In this document: one piece after another, positions 39,101 through 46,870 of the stretch
How positions within the stretch are numbered: the first letter of the stretch is position 1
Layout of the letters: the number at the start of each line of letters is the position of its first letter
NCBI GenBank assembly: GCA_014727915.1
Contig: WJMO01000006.1
Span: 265,882 to 329,881, forward strand
Direction of reading: 5' to 3'
DNA from: Candidatus Altiarchaeales archaeon
GTDB taxonomy: Archaea > Altiarchaeota > Altiarchaeia > IMC4 > SCGC-AAA252-I15
Length of the DNA: 64,000 bases
Notes under the pieces: generated by a model
What the model was told of the DNA's origin: nothing
What the model saw: only the letters and a program-made list of their open reading frames with translations
Databases searched by the model: none
Position numbers and translations under genes: made by a program

Positions 39101-40063
39101 TCAGTCCAATACTTCCTCTACAGAATAGAACTTGAACTTCGACCCTGAGAAGTACGCCCTAATCATTATCTCGCTCAGGAAGCCGAAGATTATCGAGAGC
39201 ATGCCTGTAATCGTCAGCAGGATGCCGAGCATCAGGAGCGGGCCCGCCTCCAACCTCCCGATTATCAGCGCCTTGATTATCTGCTCAACGAATATCAGTC
39301 CTGCAAGCAGGTACTGTGACACTCCGAAATTGCCGAAGAAGTGGAGAGGGCGTGTCGAGTAGTCGCTCCAGAACTTCACGAACAGCAGGTCGAACAACCC
39401 GTTGATGAGCCTTCCACTGGAGTATTTGGTCTTTCCGTGCTCCCGGGGTCGGTGGTTGACCTTGACCTCCCCTAGCTTGAAGCCCTTCCAGGTCAGGAGG
39501 GAGGGTATGTAACGGTGCATCTCCCCGTACAATTCCAGCTCGGACACGGACTCTCGCGTATACGCGCGGAGGGAGCATCCGCTATCGTGTATCTCCTCCC
39601 CGGTGAGGAGCTTCCTCAGTCTGTTGGCGAAAGCGGAGGGAAGTGTCTTGGACAGGGGATCATGGCGCTGGTGCCTCCAACCGCATACCACGTCATATCC
39701 TTCATCCAGCTTTTCCAGTAGCCGGGGTATGTCCGCAGGGTCGTTCTGCAGGTCCGCGTCCATGCTGACTATCACACTGCCGCTCGCGTGGGTGAACCCC
39801 GCGTCTATGGCAGCTGTCTGTCCGAAGTTGCGCCTGAACTTCACGACCCGCACTTGCTCATGCATCTCAGAAAGACTTTTCAGGGCTTCATATGAGCCGT
39901 CGTCTGAGCCGTCGTCTACGAATATTATCTCATAGGGGCTGCCCATCGAGTCAAACACCTTTTTAAGCTGGCTGTGGAGGGGCCCTATGCTTTCCACTTC
40001 ATTGTAGACTGGTATGACGACCGACAGCATATTGTCCTCTTCCGCGATGGCAACCACCCCCAT
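39101..40063 (-). CDS. GT2 polyprenyl-phosphate glycosyltransferase (GtrB/ArnC-like) with C-terminal TMs
   Basis: Motifs present are LSVVIPVYNE, IIFVDDGSDDGS and MDADLQNDP (DxD). There are two C-terminal TM helices. The start could instead be the ATG at 40030. Confidence 0.9.
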   Translation of the reverse strand: MGVVAIAEEDNMLSVVIPVYNEVESIGPLHSQLKKVFDSMGSPYEIIFVDDGSDDGSYEALKSLSEMHEQVRVVKFRRNFGQTAAIDAGFTHASGSVIVSMDADLQNDPADIPRLLEKLDEGYDVVCGWRHQRHDPLSKTLPSAFANRLRKLLTGEEIHDSGCSLRAYTRESVSELELYGEMHRYIPSLLTWKGFKLGEVKVNHRPREHGKTKYSSGRLINGLFDLLFVKFWSDYSTRPLHFFGNFGVSQYLLAGLIFVEQIIKALIIGRLEAGPLLMLGILLTITGMLSIIFGFLSEIMIRAYFSGSKFKFYSVEEVLD

Positions 40064-40180
40064 TAAAGAATGATTTAATAGGAATATACCTTATTAGATA
40101 GTATGAGTTACGGTATATATGCTGGACCCTCTATTCCTCGTTTTACAGCCTTCAAAGCCGCGATCACATCCTGATGGAAC
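40064..40180. promoter_or_regulatory. divergent promoter region of glycosylation island
   Basis: This 117-nt AT-rich spacer (..aatgatttaatagg.., ..tatatatgc..) lies between oppositely oriented operons. Confidence 0.3.
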
Positions 40181-43100
40181 ATGAAAAAGAAGAGAAGAAG
40201 CATGCAAGAGAGGATCTCCCTGTTTTTTCTCGTGCTCGCAGCAGCAGTGACAGCATACTCCCTACTGACCCACCTCAGCACCGAGGACGTTGGGGAGTTC
40301 CAGTGGTACTTCTCGGAGAACGTGACCTGCAACGCGGACAGCAACCTCGGCCAGCCTGGCTGGGAGGAGATAAACGTGCCGTTCACGAGGCAGGAGTCGG
40401 GGAGGAATGTTTGCTTCCTTGGAGTGTCTCATTCCCTCAAAAGCGGGGACGATCTCAGCCTGGAAGTGAGGGTGGACGACAGCATCCGGGGCGTCTACCT
40501 GAACGGGGAGACCGCAAAGTCCATAAGGACCCAGGGCGGTTGGAGGAAGGTCGTGCTGACGGACAGCCTATTGGACGGGGAGAACAGACTGGTGGTCTCC
40601 GGGTATAACATAGCCAAGAACGTGGACCTGAACGTCGTCAGGGAAACCCCAAACAACATGGGATGGTTGTGCCTGGGTCTCGTGTTCGCGTTCATATTGA
40701 CAGCGAAAGACCTTGGCCGAAAACCAGGCTATCTCCTCTTCGCAGCCGCATTGATAATAGTCATATACCTGTTCCCCGCATTCGGGAGGTACAACTACTG
40801 GGGGATAGGGGACTGGAACCAGTTCCAGACCTTCTACCAGTCGGCGAAGAACACCATAGTAAAATACCACCAGTTCCCTCTGTGGAACCCGTACATATGC
40901 GGGGGCAACGTCCAACTGGCCTATCCGCAGCCCGGGTTCCTGTCACCCTACCTCATAACGCTTCTCGTCTTCGATGTGGCCCACGGCATCAAGATAAACC
41001 TAGCCCTCTACTTCATAACCGGCGTAATAGGCTGCTACCTCCTCTCCAGGAAGATGGGGTTGGGCGCCTATTCGACACTCCTGTTCTCCATGACCTTCGT
41101 GTTGAGCGGGTACTTCGCCCACCGCATAAACCAGGGGCACGTGCCCACGCTGATAATCGTCTACCTGCCCTTGATCGTGTACCTTTACTGGAAGACACTG
41201 GAGGACTTCAAATACGCCCCGCTTATGGCGGTGGTGGTCGCCCTCTACGTACTAGAGGCCCACCCGTTCCTCACCACGTTGGTGATGATGTTCCTCGTTT
41301 TCTACAGCGTCTTCCTCTCTGGGACGACCGCCGTGTCCATAACGTTGCGCGGGGAGAAGAGGAGGGCCAGGTCCTGGGCCAAGTACTTGCCTGCCGCGAA
41401 GCCGCTTACTGTCGCGGTGGCCGTGTCCCTGCTCGCAGCCATGCTAGTGGGTTTCAAGGTGGTTCCAGGGTTGGATTTCGCACATGACAACCCGAGGATG
41501 GTTTCGGACGACACCGGATTCAACAGGGGGCTTTTGAAGGATGCGCTGCTGTTGGGTAAGAAGTCAGAGAACCGGCACTCCTGGGGTTGGCACGAGTACA
41601 ACGGCTACATAGGGGTGGTCCCGCTGATTCTCGCCGTTTTGGGAATGCTATTGTCTCTGAGGAAGCCCAAACTTCTCGCTTTGATGATGTTTCTCGCGTT
41701 CATAACGATGTACTCCTTCAACGAGTACTCTCCGGTGAACCTGTGGGAGCTTTTCCACAAGCTGCCGTTGTTCAGCTCCCAGCACCTTCCCATGCGCTCC
41801 ATAGCGTACATAACATTCATACTCTCTTTTTTCGCGGGGTTGGGTTTGGACAGGATAGAGAGGGCCAACTCCCACCTGGCAAAGCTCGTTCTGGTCTTTG
41901 TCGTCGTCAACCTTTTCACCGTTAACACAAACCTCATAGAGGGGACGTTCAGGTACACGCCGAGGATGGACTATGAGAGCTCTATCGGAGCCTTCCACCA
42001 GGCGGAGGACGTGGACGACCGCGGAAGCCCCTCGGACAACATGTACTCCTTCGTGCTCCAGGACGTTGGGGTCACAAACTGCTACGCACCGGGGGGTTTG
42101 AACAACCATGCAACGCCCGTTCAGAGGGCTAACTACAGGGGGGAGGCTTATCTCATGGGCGGAAGCGGAAGCGCTCGGGTGTTTGCGTTCTCCCCCAACC
42201 AGGTGGACGTCATCGTGGACACTCCGGCCCCGAACGTGGTGGTGATAAACCAGAACTACTATGAGGGCTGGTCCGCCGACGGCATAGCCGCGGAGAACAC
42301 TAGGGGGCTGGTGTCTGCGAGGGTGGACGCCGGGAAGAAGATGGTGTCATTCTCCTACGAGCCTCCAGGGCTCAAATTGGGGGTGGCCCTCTCCCTGTTG
42401 GGCCTACTGTTATCTGCGATCATCTACAGGGGCGAGCACAGGAAGATGATAGCCCGGGCTGAATGCTTCGTAAAAGAGCACCTTTTGGATTCGAAGCCTT
42501 TCAGGGGCATGGTGTTGGGGGTGCTGCTGGCTGCGGCCGTCCTATCGACGAACTTCATGGTCGGGGAGGTTATGCAACCCGACGACGTTTGGACGTTCTA
42601 TACGGGCGGGGATGTTGACGGATGGTACGAGCTCGGATTCGACGAGGCCGGGTGGGAGAGGCGGGGCCTTCCCTTCGAAGAGGATAACATAGGGCAGATA
42701 CTCGCAAGGGGCACCGTCTACGTGAGGGATGTGGAAAAGGCCTACGTGGAAATCGTGGGGGACGACTGCATCAGCGAATTCTACATAAACGAGAGGAAGG
42801 CCTATGAGACGAGGAGCTGCGGGCACATGACGCACTGCAACGGAAAGAGGTTCGACCTGAGAAGGCACGTGCAGCCGGGAGCCAACAAGTTCGCATTGAA
42901 GATACTGAACAGCGGAGGAGGCCCGGGACGGTTCAACATCAGATGGGAGGACAGGAGCCTGCGGACCAGGCTGTTCAGGGTTGACAGCCTCCCGTATACT
43001 CTGCTTTTACTATCACTTCTGTGGATCGCGTTCATCCACAGGGAGAAGCCCATGGAGTACCTCGCCAGGAAGGCTAGCAATGCTGTGAAAGCCTCTAAGA

Positions 43101-45292
43101 GGAGGAAGAGGAGGAAAAAGACGGTTGACAGCGTCAGAGATTTCAGGAAGGTAGTCTACGCACTGCTCTTAATATCCCTGATATCATCGGCCTATTTCGG
43201 TTTTGAGGCCCTAAACTCTTCGGATATAAGAGGTTCCTGGAGGTTCCAAACGGGAGCGGAGCCGAAGGGGTGGTACACTGAGGATTTTGAGGACGGGGCG
43301 TGGACTGCCGGGGAGCCGGAGTTCAGGAGAAGCCAGATATCACATATGCTGGTGAGGGGAGAGGTCAGGATAGACAGGGTGAAGGACGCGGTGGCGAGCA
43401 TCGTGGGGGACGACTGCATCAGCGAATTCTACATAAACGACAAGAGGATATTCGAGACGAGGGACTGCGGGCACATGACGCACTGCAACGGAAAGAGGTT
43501 CGACCTTACGGAACATGTCCGCAAGGGAGGTAACACGTTCGCGCTGAAGATACTGAACAGCGGAGGAGGCCCGGGACGGTTCAACATCAGATGGTTGAAT
43601 AGGAGGAACACAACCCCTGCAGTGATATCGATGGCATTGTCCGCGATATTGCTACTTCTCATTTTACAGGATATAACCAAGCTGAAGAGAGTTGATGGAT
43701 ACATACGATTAATCGCGGGTAAGGCTGTCAAAGCCGCGGACAGGATGCTTCCAGTCCTGCTATTGGCCATAATATTGGGTGCGACATTCTTCACGTTGAA
43801 GCACGGTAACACCGGCTACATGGACAAGAAGGTGCGGGACGCCGTCATTGTCTCTTCCGCGGTGGCAGGTGTGCTGTTGGGGGCCGTCATTCACCTGAGG
43901 GGGGGCGAGGTGATCTCGGCCCGGACGTTCAAGGCAGTGTGCATCCTGGGAGCATTGTTCTATATGACGTTGCTATTTCTGCCAAGAGGGTTCAACGCGG
44001 ACGCAGCCATGCAGTCAGTATTCGCCTTCGACATACTCAAAGGGGAGAAGCTGACCCACTACAACGCCACGGGATACCTCGAATACCTGACTTTCATCTA
44101 CCCCCTGCTGCCATTCTACGCGTTGCTGGGGCACCAGGAAGTCCTGATAAAGGCGTTGATAGTCGCGTATGAGCTGGTTTTCATAGTCTTCCTCTACAAG
44201 CTGGTGAGACTGTGGTATGGTGTCAATGCCGCCAGGTACGCCGCGTTCTTCGCGCTGTTCTCCGGCGCCATGACCTTCGTGTTCTCACCATACCTGTCAC
44301 CTGCAACTACGATACCCGTAATAGCGATATACCTCCTGGAAAGCGGCGGCAGGAAACGTCGCTTCCTCGGGTTCGTCCTGGGCGGAGTCTCATACTATTA
44401 CTACTATCACATGCCATTCTACGTGATCCTAGTATATGTGGTGGTAGAGTTCATCTTCAACCCCGGGAGGATTCGGAGGGACTACACCGCATTGGCGGTC
44501 GCTGCGCTGATAGTCTTGCCCGGGTTCCAGGCCACCCTTGCCAACCCCTCCGCGGACAAGACGTTGAACGGCTTCCTTGTGGGAGCTGACACAAGCCACC
44601 TGGGATGGCACGAGTACAGGAAGGACCTGGAGGCCGTGTTCCAGTCCAACTACAAGCTCGCGACCATAAACCCTGTGCTCACAGCCCTAACGGCATTGTC
44701 CATCTTATACTTCATCTTCAAGGCCCTCGAATCAGGTGACAGGGTCAGATTCATATATGAGAACAAGAGTGCCGTTTTCGCGGTTCTCTTCTTCCTGATG
44801 CTGTTCCCCGTGCTGTTCTACGCCCCGTACGTGCAGCCGAGGGTCTACCGCTTCGCATTGCCGGCGTTCTTCATACTCGCGGGGGTCTTCGTTGGCAAAG
44901 TCTCACGCCCGGGAGCGGCGCGTATCATGCTCGTGTCCCTGCTTGTCATCTACGCGGGAGTGGACGTCTACAACCACTTCGACTATGTGACGAGCAGGAA
45001 GTCCATAAGCCCAGGGGAGTTCGAGTACGGCCTTGGAGAGGCTTCGAGTTATCTGATGATGCAGAACCCCAGGAAAGTGTACGTGGACCATAGGATGGAG
45101 CATCAGCTGAGGTTCTACAGCGGGGATAAACTGCCGGTTAGGGAGGTTAACACGATGGGCAAATGCAGCTACTACGTGTTCTGGAGCAACAACAGGGAGA
45201 ACACGTTCGACAGGCCCAACCGGAAGGTTGTGAAGACCATCGACTACCCGTGGGGGGAGCCGGCCATAAGGATACACAGGGAGTGTGGTTGA
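40181..45292 (+). CDS. 1703-aa fusion membrane protein: jelly roll + YfhO-like GT-C + 2 jelly rolls + ArnT/PMT_2-like GT-C
   Basis: The YfhO signature is YHQFPLWNPYICGGNVQLAYPQPGFLSPY, with the family C-terminal element NQNYYEGWSADG...VSFSYEPPGLKLG. The second GT-C-like block is ..YPLLPFYALLG..ALIVAYELVFIVFLYKLVRLWYGVNAARYAAFFALFSGAMTFV... Three W..(F/Y)....GW....FD(D/E).(G/A)W jelly-roll segments are present. Confidence 0.8.
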   Translation: MKKKRRSMQERISLFFLVLAAAVTAYSLLTHLSTEDVGEFQWYFSENVTCNADSNLGQPGWEEINVPFTRQESGRNVCFLGVSHSLKSGDDLSLEVRVDDSIRGVYLNGETAKSIRTQGGWRKVVLTDSLLDGENRLVVSGYNIAKNVDLNVVRETPNNMGWLCLGLVFAFILTAKDLGRKPGYLLFAAALIIVIYLFPAFGRYNYWGIGDWNQFQTFYQSAKNTIVKYHQFPLWNPYICGGNVQLAYPQPGFLSPYLITLLVFDVAHGIKINLALYFITGVIGCYLLSRKMGLGAYSTLLFSMTFVLSGYFAHRINQGHVPTLIIVYLPLIVYLYWKTLEDFKYAPLMAVVVALYVLEAHPFLTTLVMMFLVFYSVFLSGTTAVSITLRGEKRRARSWAKYLPAAKPLTVAVAVSLLAAMLVGFKVVPGLDFAHDNPRMVSDDTGFNRGLLKDALLLGKKSENRHSWGWHEYNGYIGVVPLILAVLGMLLSLRKPKLLALMMFLAFITMYSFNEYSPVNLWELFHKLPLFSSQHLPMRSIAYITFILSFFAGLGLDRIERANSHLAKLVLVFVVVNLFTVNTNLIEGTFRYTPRMDYESSIGAFHQAEDVDDRGSPSDNMYSFVLQDVGVTNCYAPGGLNNHATPVQRANYRGEAYLMGGSGSARVFAFSPNQVDVIVDTPAPNVVVINQNYYEGWSADGIAAENTRGLVSARVDAGKKMVSFSYEPPGLKLGVALSLLGLLLSAIIYRGEHRKMIARAECFVKEHLLDSKPFRGMVLGVLLAAAVLSTNFMVGEVMQPDDVWTFYTGGDVDGWYELGFDEAGWERRGLPFEEDNIGQILARGTVYVRDVEKAYVEIVGDDCISEFYINERKAYETRSCGHMTHCNGKRFDLRRHVQPGANKFALKILNSGGGPGRFNIRWEDRSLRTRLFRVDSLPYTLLLLSLLWIAFIHREKPMEYLARKASNAVKASKRRKRRKKTVDSVRDFRKVVYALLLISLISSAYFGFEALNSSDIRGSWRFQTGAEPKGWYTEDFEDGAWTAGEPEFRRSQISHMLVRGEVRIDRVKDAVASIVGDDCISEFYINDKRIFETRDCGHMTHCNGKRFDLTEHVRKGGNTFALKILNSGGGPGRFNIRWLNRRNTTPAVISMALSAILLLLILQDITKLKRVDGYIRLIAGKAVKAADRMLPVLLLAIILGATFFTLKHGNTGYMDKKVRDAVIVSSAVAGVLLGAVIHLRGGEVISARTFKAVCILGALFYMTLLFLPRGFNADAAMQSVFAFDILKGEKLTHYNATGYLEYLTFIYPLLPFYALLGHQEVLIKALIVAYELVFIVFLYKLVRLWYGVNAARYAAFFALFSGAMTFVFSPYLSPATTIPVIAIYLLESGGRKRRFLGFVLGGVSYYYYYHMPFYVILVYVVVEFIFNPGRIRRDYTALAVAALIVLPGFQATLANPSADKTLNGFLVGADTSHLGWHEYRKDLEAVFQSNYKLATINPVLTALTALSILYFIFKALESGDRVRFIYENKSAVFAVLFFLMLFPVLFYAPYVQPRVYRFALPAFFILAGVFVGKVSRPGAARIMLVSLLVIYAGVDVYNHFDYVTSRKSISPGEFEYGLGEASSYLMMQNPRKVYVDHRMEHQLRFYSGDKLPVREVNTMGKCSYYVFWSNNRENTFDRPNRKVVKTIDYPWGEPAIRIHRECG
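42752..42946 (+). repeat. internal repeat copy 1 (jelly roll 2 core)
   Basis: It shares three perfectly identical runs with copy 2: 42752..42792 (41 nt), 42817..42858 (42 nt) and 42897..42946 (50 nt). Confidence 0.9.
43400..43594 (+). repeat. internal repeat copy 2 (jelly roll 3 core)
   Basis: The identical runs lie at 43400..43440, 43465..43506 and 43545..43594, offset 648 nt from copy 1. Confidence 0.9.
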
Positions 45293-45294
45293 AG

Positions 45295-46116
45295 ATGAGG
45301 GGGAAGACGTATGCGTTCGGCAAGAACTGGAAGGACTTCGTGGACAACCACTTGGACGATAGCAGGGTCGAGGAGGCTGTGAAGTCCCTCTCAGGCTTCA
45401 TAGGCGGTGAGAACATTGGCGGAAGGTTCCTGGACATAGGATGCGGCAGCGGGCTCTTCTCGCTGGCAGCATACCGTCTGGGGTTCAACGAAGTCGTCAG
45501 CTTCGACGTGGACCCCCACTCCGTCGCATGCTGCAAGTACCTCAGGGAGAGGGAAGACAACCCGGAGGGTTGGAGTGTCATGGAAGGCTCCATATTGGAT
45601 GAGGAGTTCGTGGGGGGGCTGGAGTCGTTCGACCTGGTCTACTCATGGGGTGTGCTGCATCACACGGGGGACATGTGGAGGGCGATGGGTAACTCGTGCA
45701 AGCTCGTGAAGGACGGTGGCCTGCTCTACATAGCGATATACAACAAGACAGGCAATTGGGGCTTCCACGGCGACGGACGCTTCGGGCCTTCTAAATTCTG
45801 GGAACGGGAGAAGAGGCTCTACACCAGCATGCCATCCCCCATCCAGAAGATGATAGACTATGCCGTGATGGCGGGGCTGGCATTCACTTATGTCCTAAGC
45901 CTGAAGAACCCGCTGAGGGAGATAAAAGAGCATAGGAGGTACAGGGGCATGTCCTGGTCGGTCGACATAAGGGACTGGCTGGGAGGATACCCATACGAGT
46001 ACGCCACCGCAGAGGAAGTGAACAGGTTCGTTGAAGACCGGGGTTTCGAGACTTTGAAGCAGGCAGTACATGGAGGACTCAGGAACAACGAATTCCTGTG
46101 CAGAAAACTCAAATAG
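45295..46116 (+). CDS. class I SAM-dependent methyltransferase
   Basis: The ATG at 45295 lies 2 nt after the upstream stop (the track start at 45163 overlaps the upstream gene). The SAM motif is FLDIGCGSGLFSLAAYRLGFNEVVSFDVD. Confidence 0.85.
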   Translation: MRGKTYAFGKNWKDFVDNHLDDSRVEEAVKSLSGFIGGENIGGRFLDIGCGSGLFSLAAYRLGFNEVVSFDVDPHSVACCKYLREREDNPEGWSVMEGSILDEEFVGGLESFDLVYSWGVLHHTGDMWRAMGNSCKLVKDGGLLYIAIYNKTGNWGFHGDGRFGPSKFWEREKRLYTSMPSPIQKMIDYAVMAGLAFTYVLSLKNPLREIKEHRRYRGMSWSVDIRDWLGGYPYEYATAEEVNRFVEDRGFETLKQAVHGGLRNNEFLCRKLK

Positions 46117-46126
46117 TTTGTAGAAA

Positions 46127-46144
46127 ATTATAAATAATTTAAAA
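46127..46144 (+). promoter_or_regulatory. TATA-like box upstream of GT2 gene
   Basis: The sequence attataaataatttaaaa is centred about 28 nt upstream of the ATG at 46166. Confidence 0.35.
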
Positions 46145-46165
46145 GAGACCGTATATTCTTTTAAA

Positions 46166-46870
46166 ATGGATGGTTACACAGTTCTCATACCGGTCTACAA
46201 CGAGGAGGACATACTGGAGGATAACATCAGAAAGCTTATGGAGTACCTGGACGACCACATGCCAGGCTATCGGATAATCGTCTGCAGCAACGGGTCCACA
46301 GACCGTACGGACGAGATAGGGTCGGGTATAGACGATCCGAGGGTAAGCTTCATCTCCATACCAGAGCGGGGTGTTGGACGGGCTTTCAAGAGGATGGTCC
46401 TAGAGGCTGAGACTGATAAGCTCGTATCCATCGACGTTGATCTAACAAGCGATTTGAGGTTCATACCGGAGTGCGTGCGGCTCCTGGACGAGAACAGCAT
46501 AGTGATAGGGTCGAAGAGGAAGGGAGAGCAGGAGCGGCAGCCGCACCGAACCCTCATAAGCAACGTTTTCATAAAGTTGGTGAAGGTGCTTCTGGGATTG
46601 AAGTACAGCGACTACAGCATCGGCACCAAGGGGTGGAGGAAGTCAGCTATCTCCGAATACGTCGGGGGAATAGACCACGGATCGTCCTATGTTATAGAGC
46701 TGACATACTATGTGGAAGTGGGCGGCGGCGTGATAGCTGAGGTCCCGGTCTTCTGCTCGGACACCCGGGGAAGCAAGTTCAACATAGTAAATGAGATTTT
46801 CTACAGGCTCTACAATCTGCTGAGGTTGTGGGCCAGGGTAAAGCTGGTCAGAGGGCGAAGAACCTCTTGA
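46166..46870 (+). CDS. GT2 glycosyltransferase, dolichyl-phosphate sugar synthase-like
   Basis: Motifs present are TVLIPVYNEEDIL, IIVCSNGSTDRT and SIDVDLTSD (DxD). The protein is short (234 aa) and soluble or peripheral. Confidence 0.85.
   Translation: MDGYTVLIPVYNEEDILEDNIRKLMEYLDDHMPGYRIIVCSNGSTDRTDEIGSGIDDPRVSFISIPERGVGRAFKRMVLEAETDKLVSIDVDLTSDLRFIPECVRLLDENSIVIGSKRKGEQERQPHRTLISNVFIKLVKVLLGLKYSDYSIGTKGWRKSAISEYVGGIDHGSSYVIELTYYVEVGGGVIAEVPVFCSDTRGSKFNIVNEIFYRLYNLLRLWARVKLVRGRRTS

Noticed and set aside
42752-43594. The identical DNA patches considered as a diversity-generating retroelement TR/VR pair.
   Set aside because: No reverse transcriptase or accessory gene is present in the window. 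Both copies are coding parts of the same ORF, and the differences between them are not adenine-specific.
45163-45294. Upstream extension of the methyltransferase ORF. The same kind of extension occurs at 51740..51805, 22084..22104 and 7981..8064.
   Set aside because: In each case the extension overlaps the preceding gene or promoter region. An internal ATG placed 2-13 nt after the upstream stop gives a protein starting with the expected motif.
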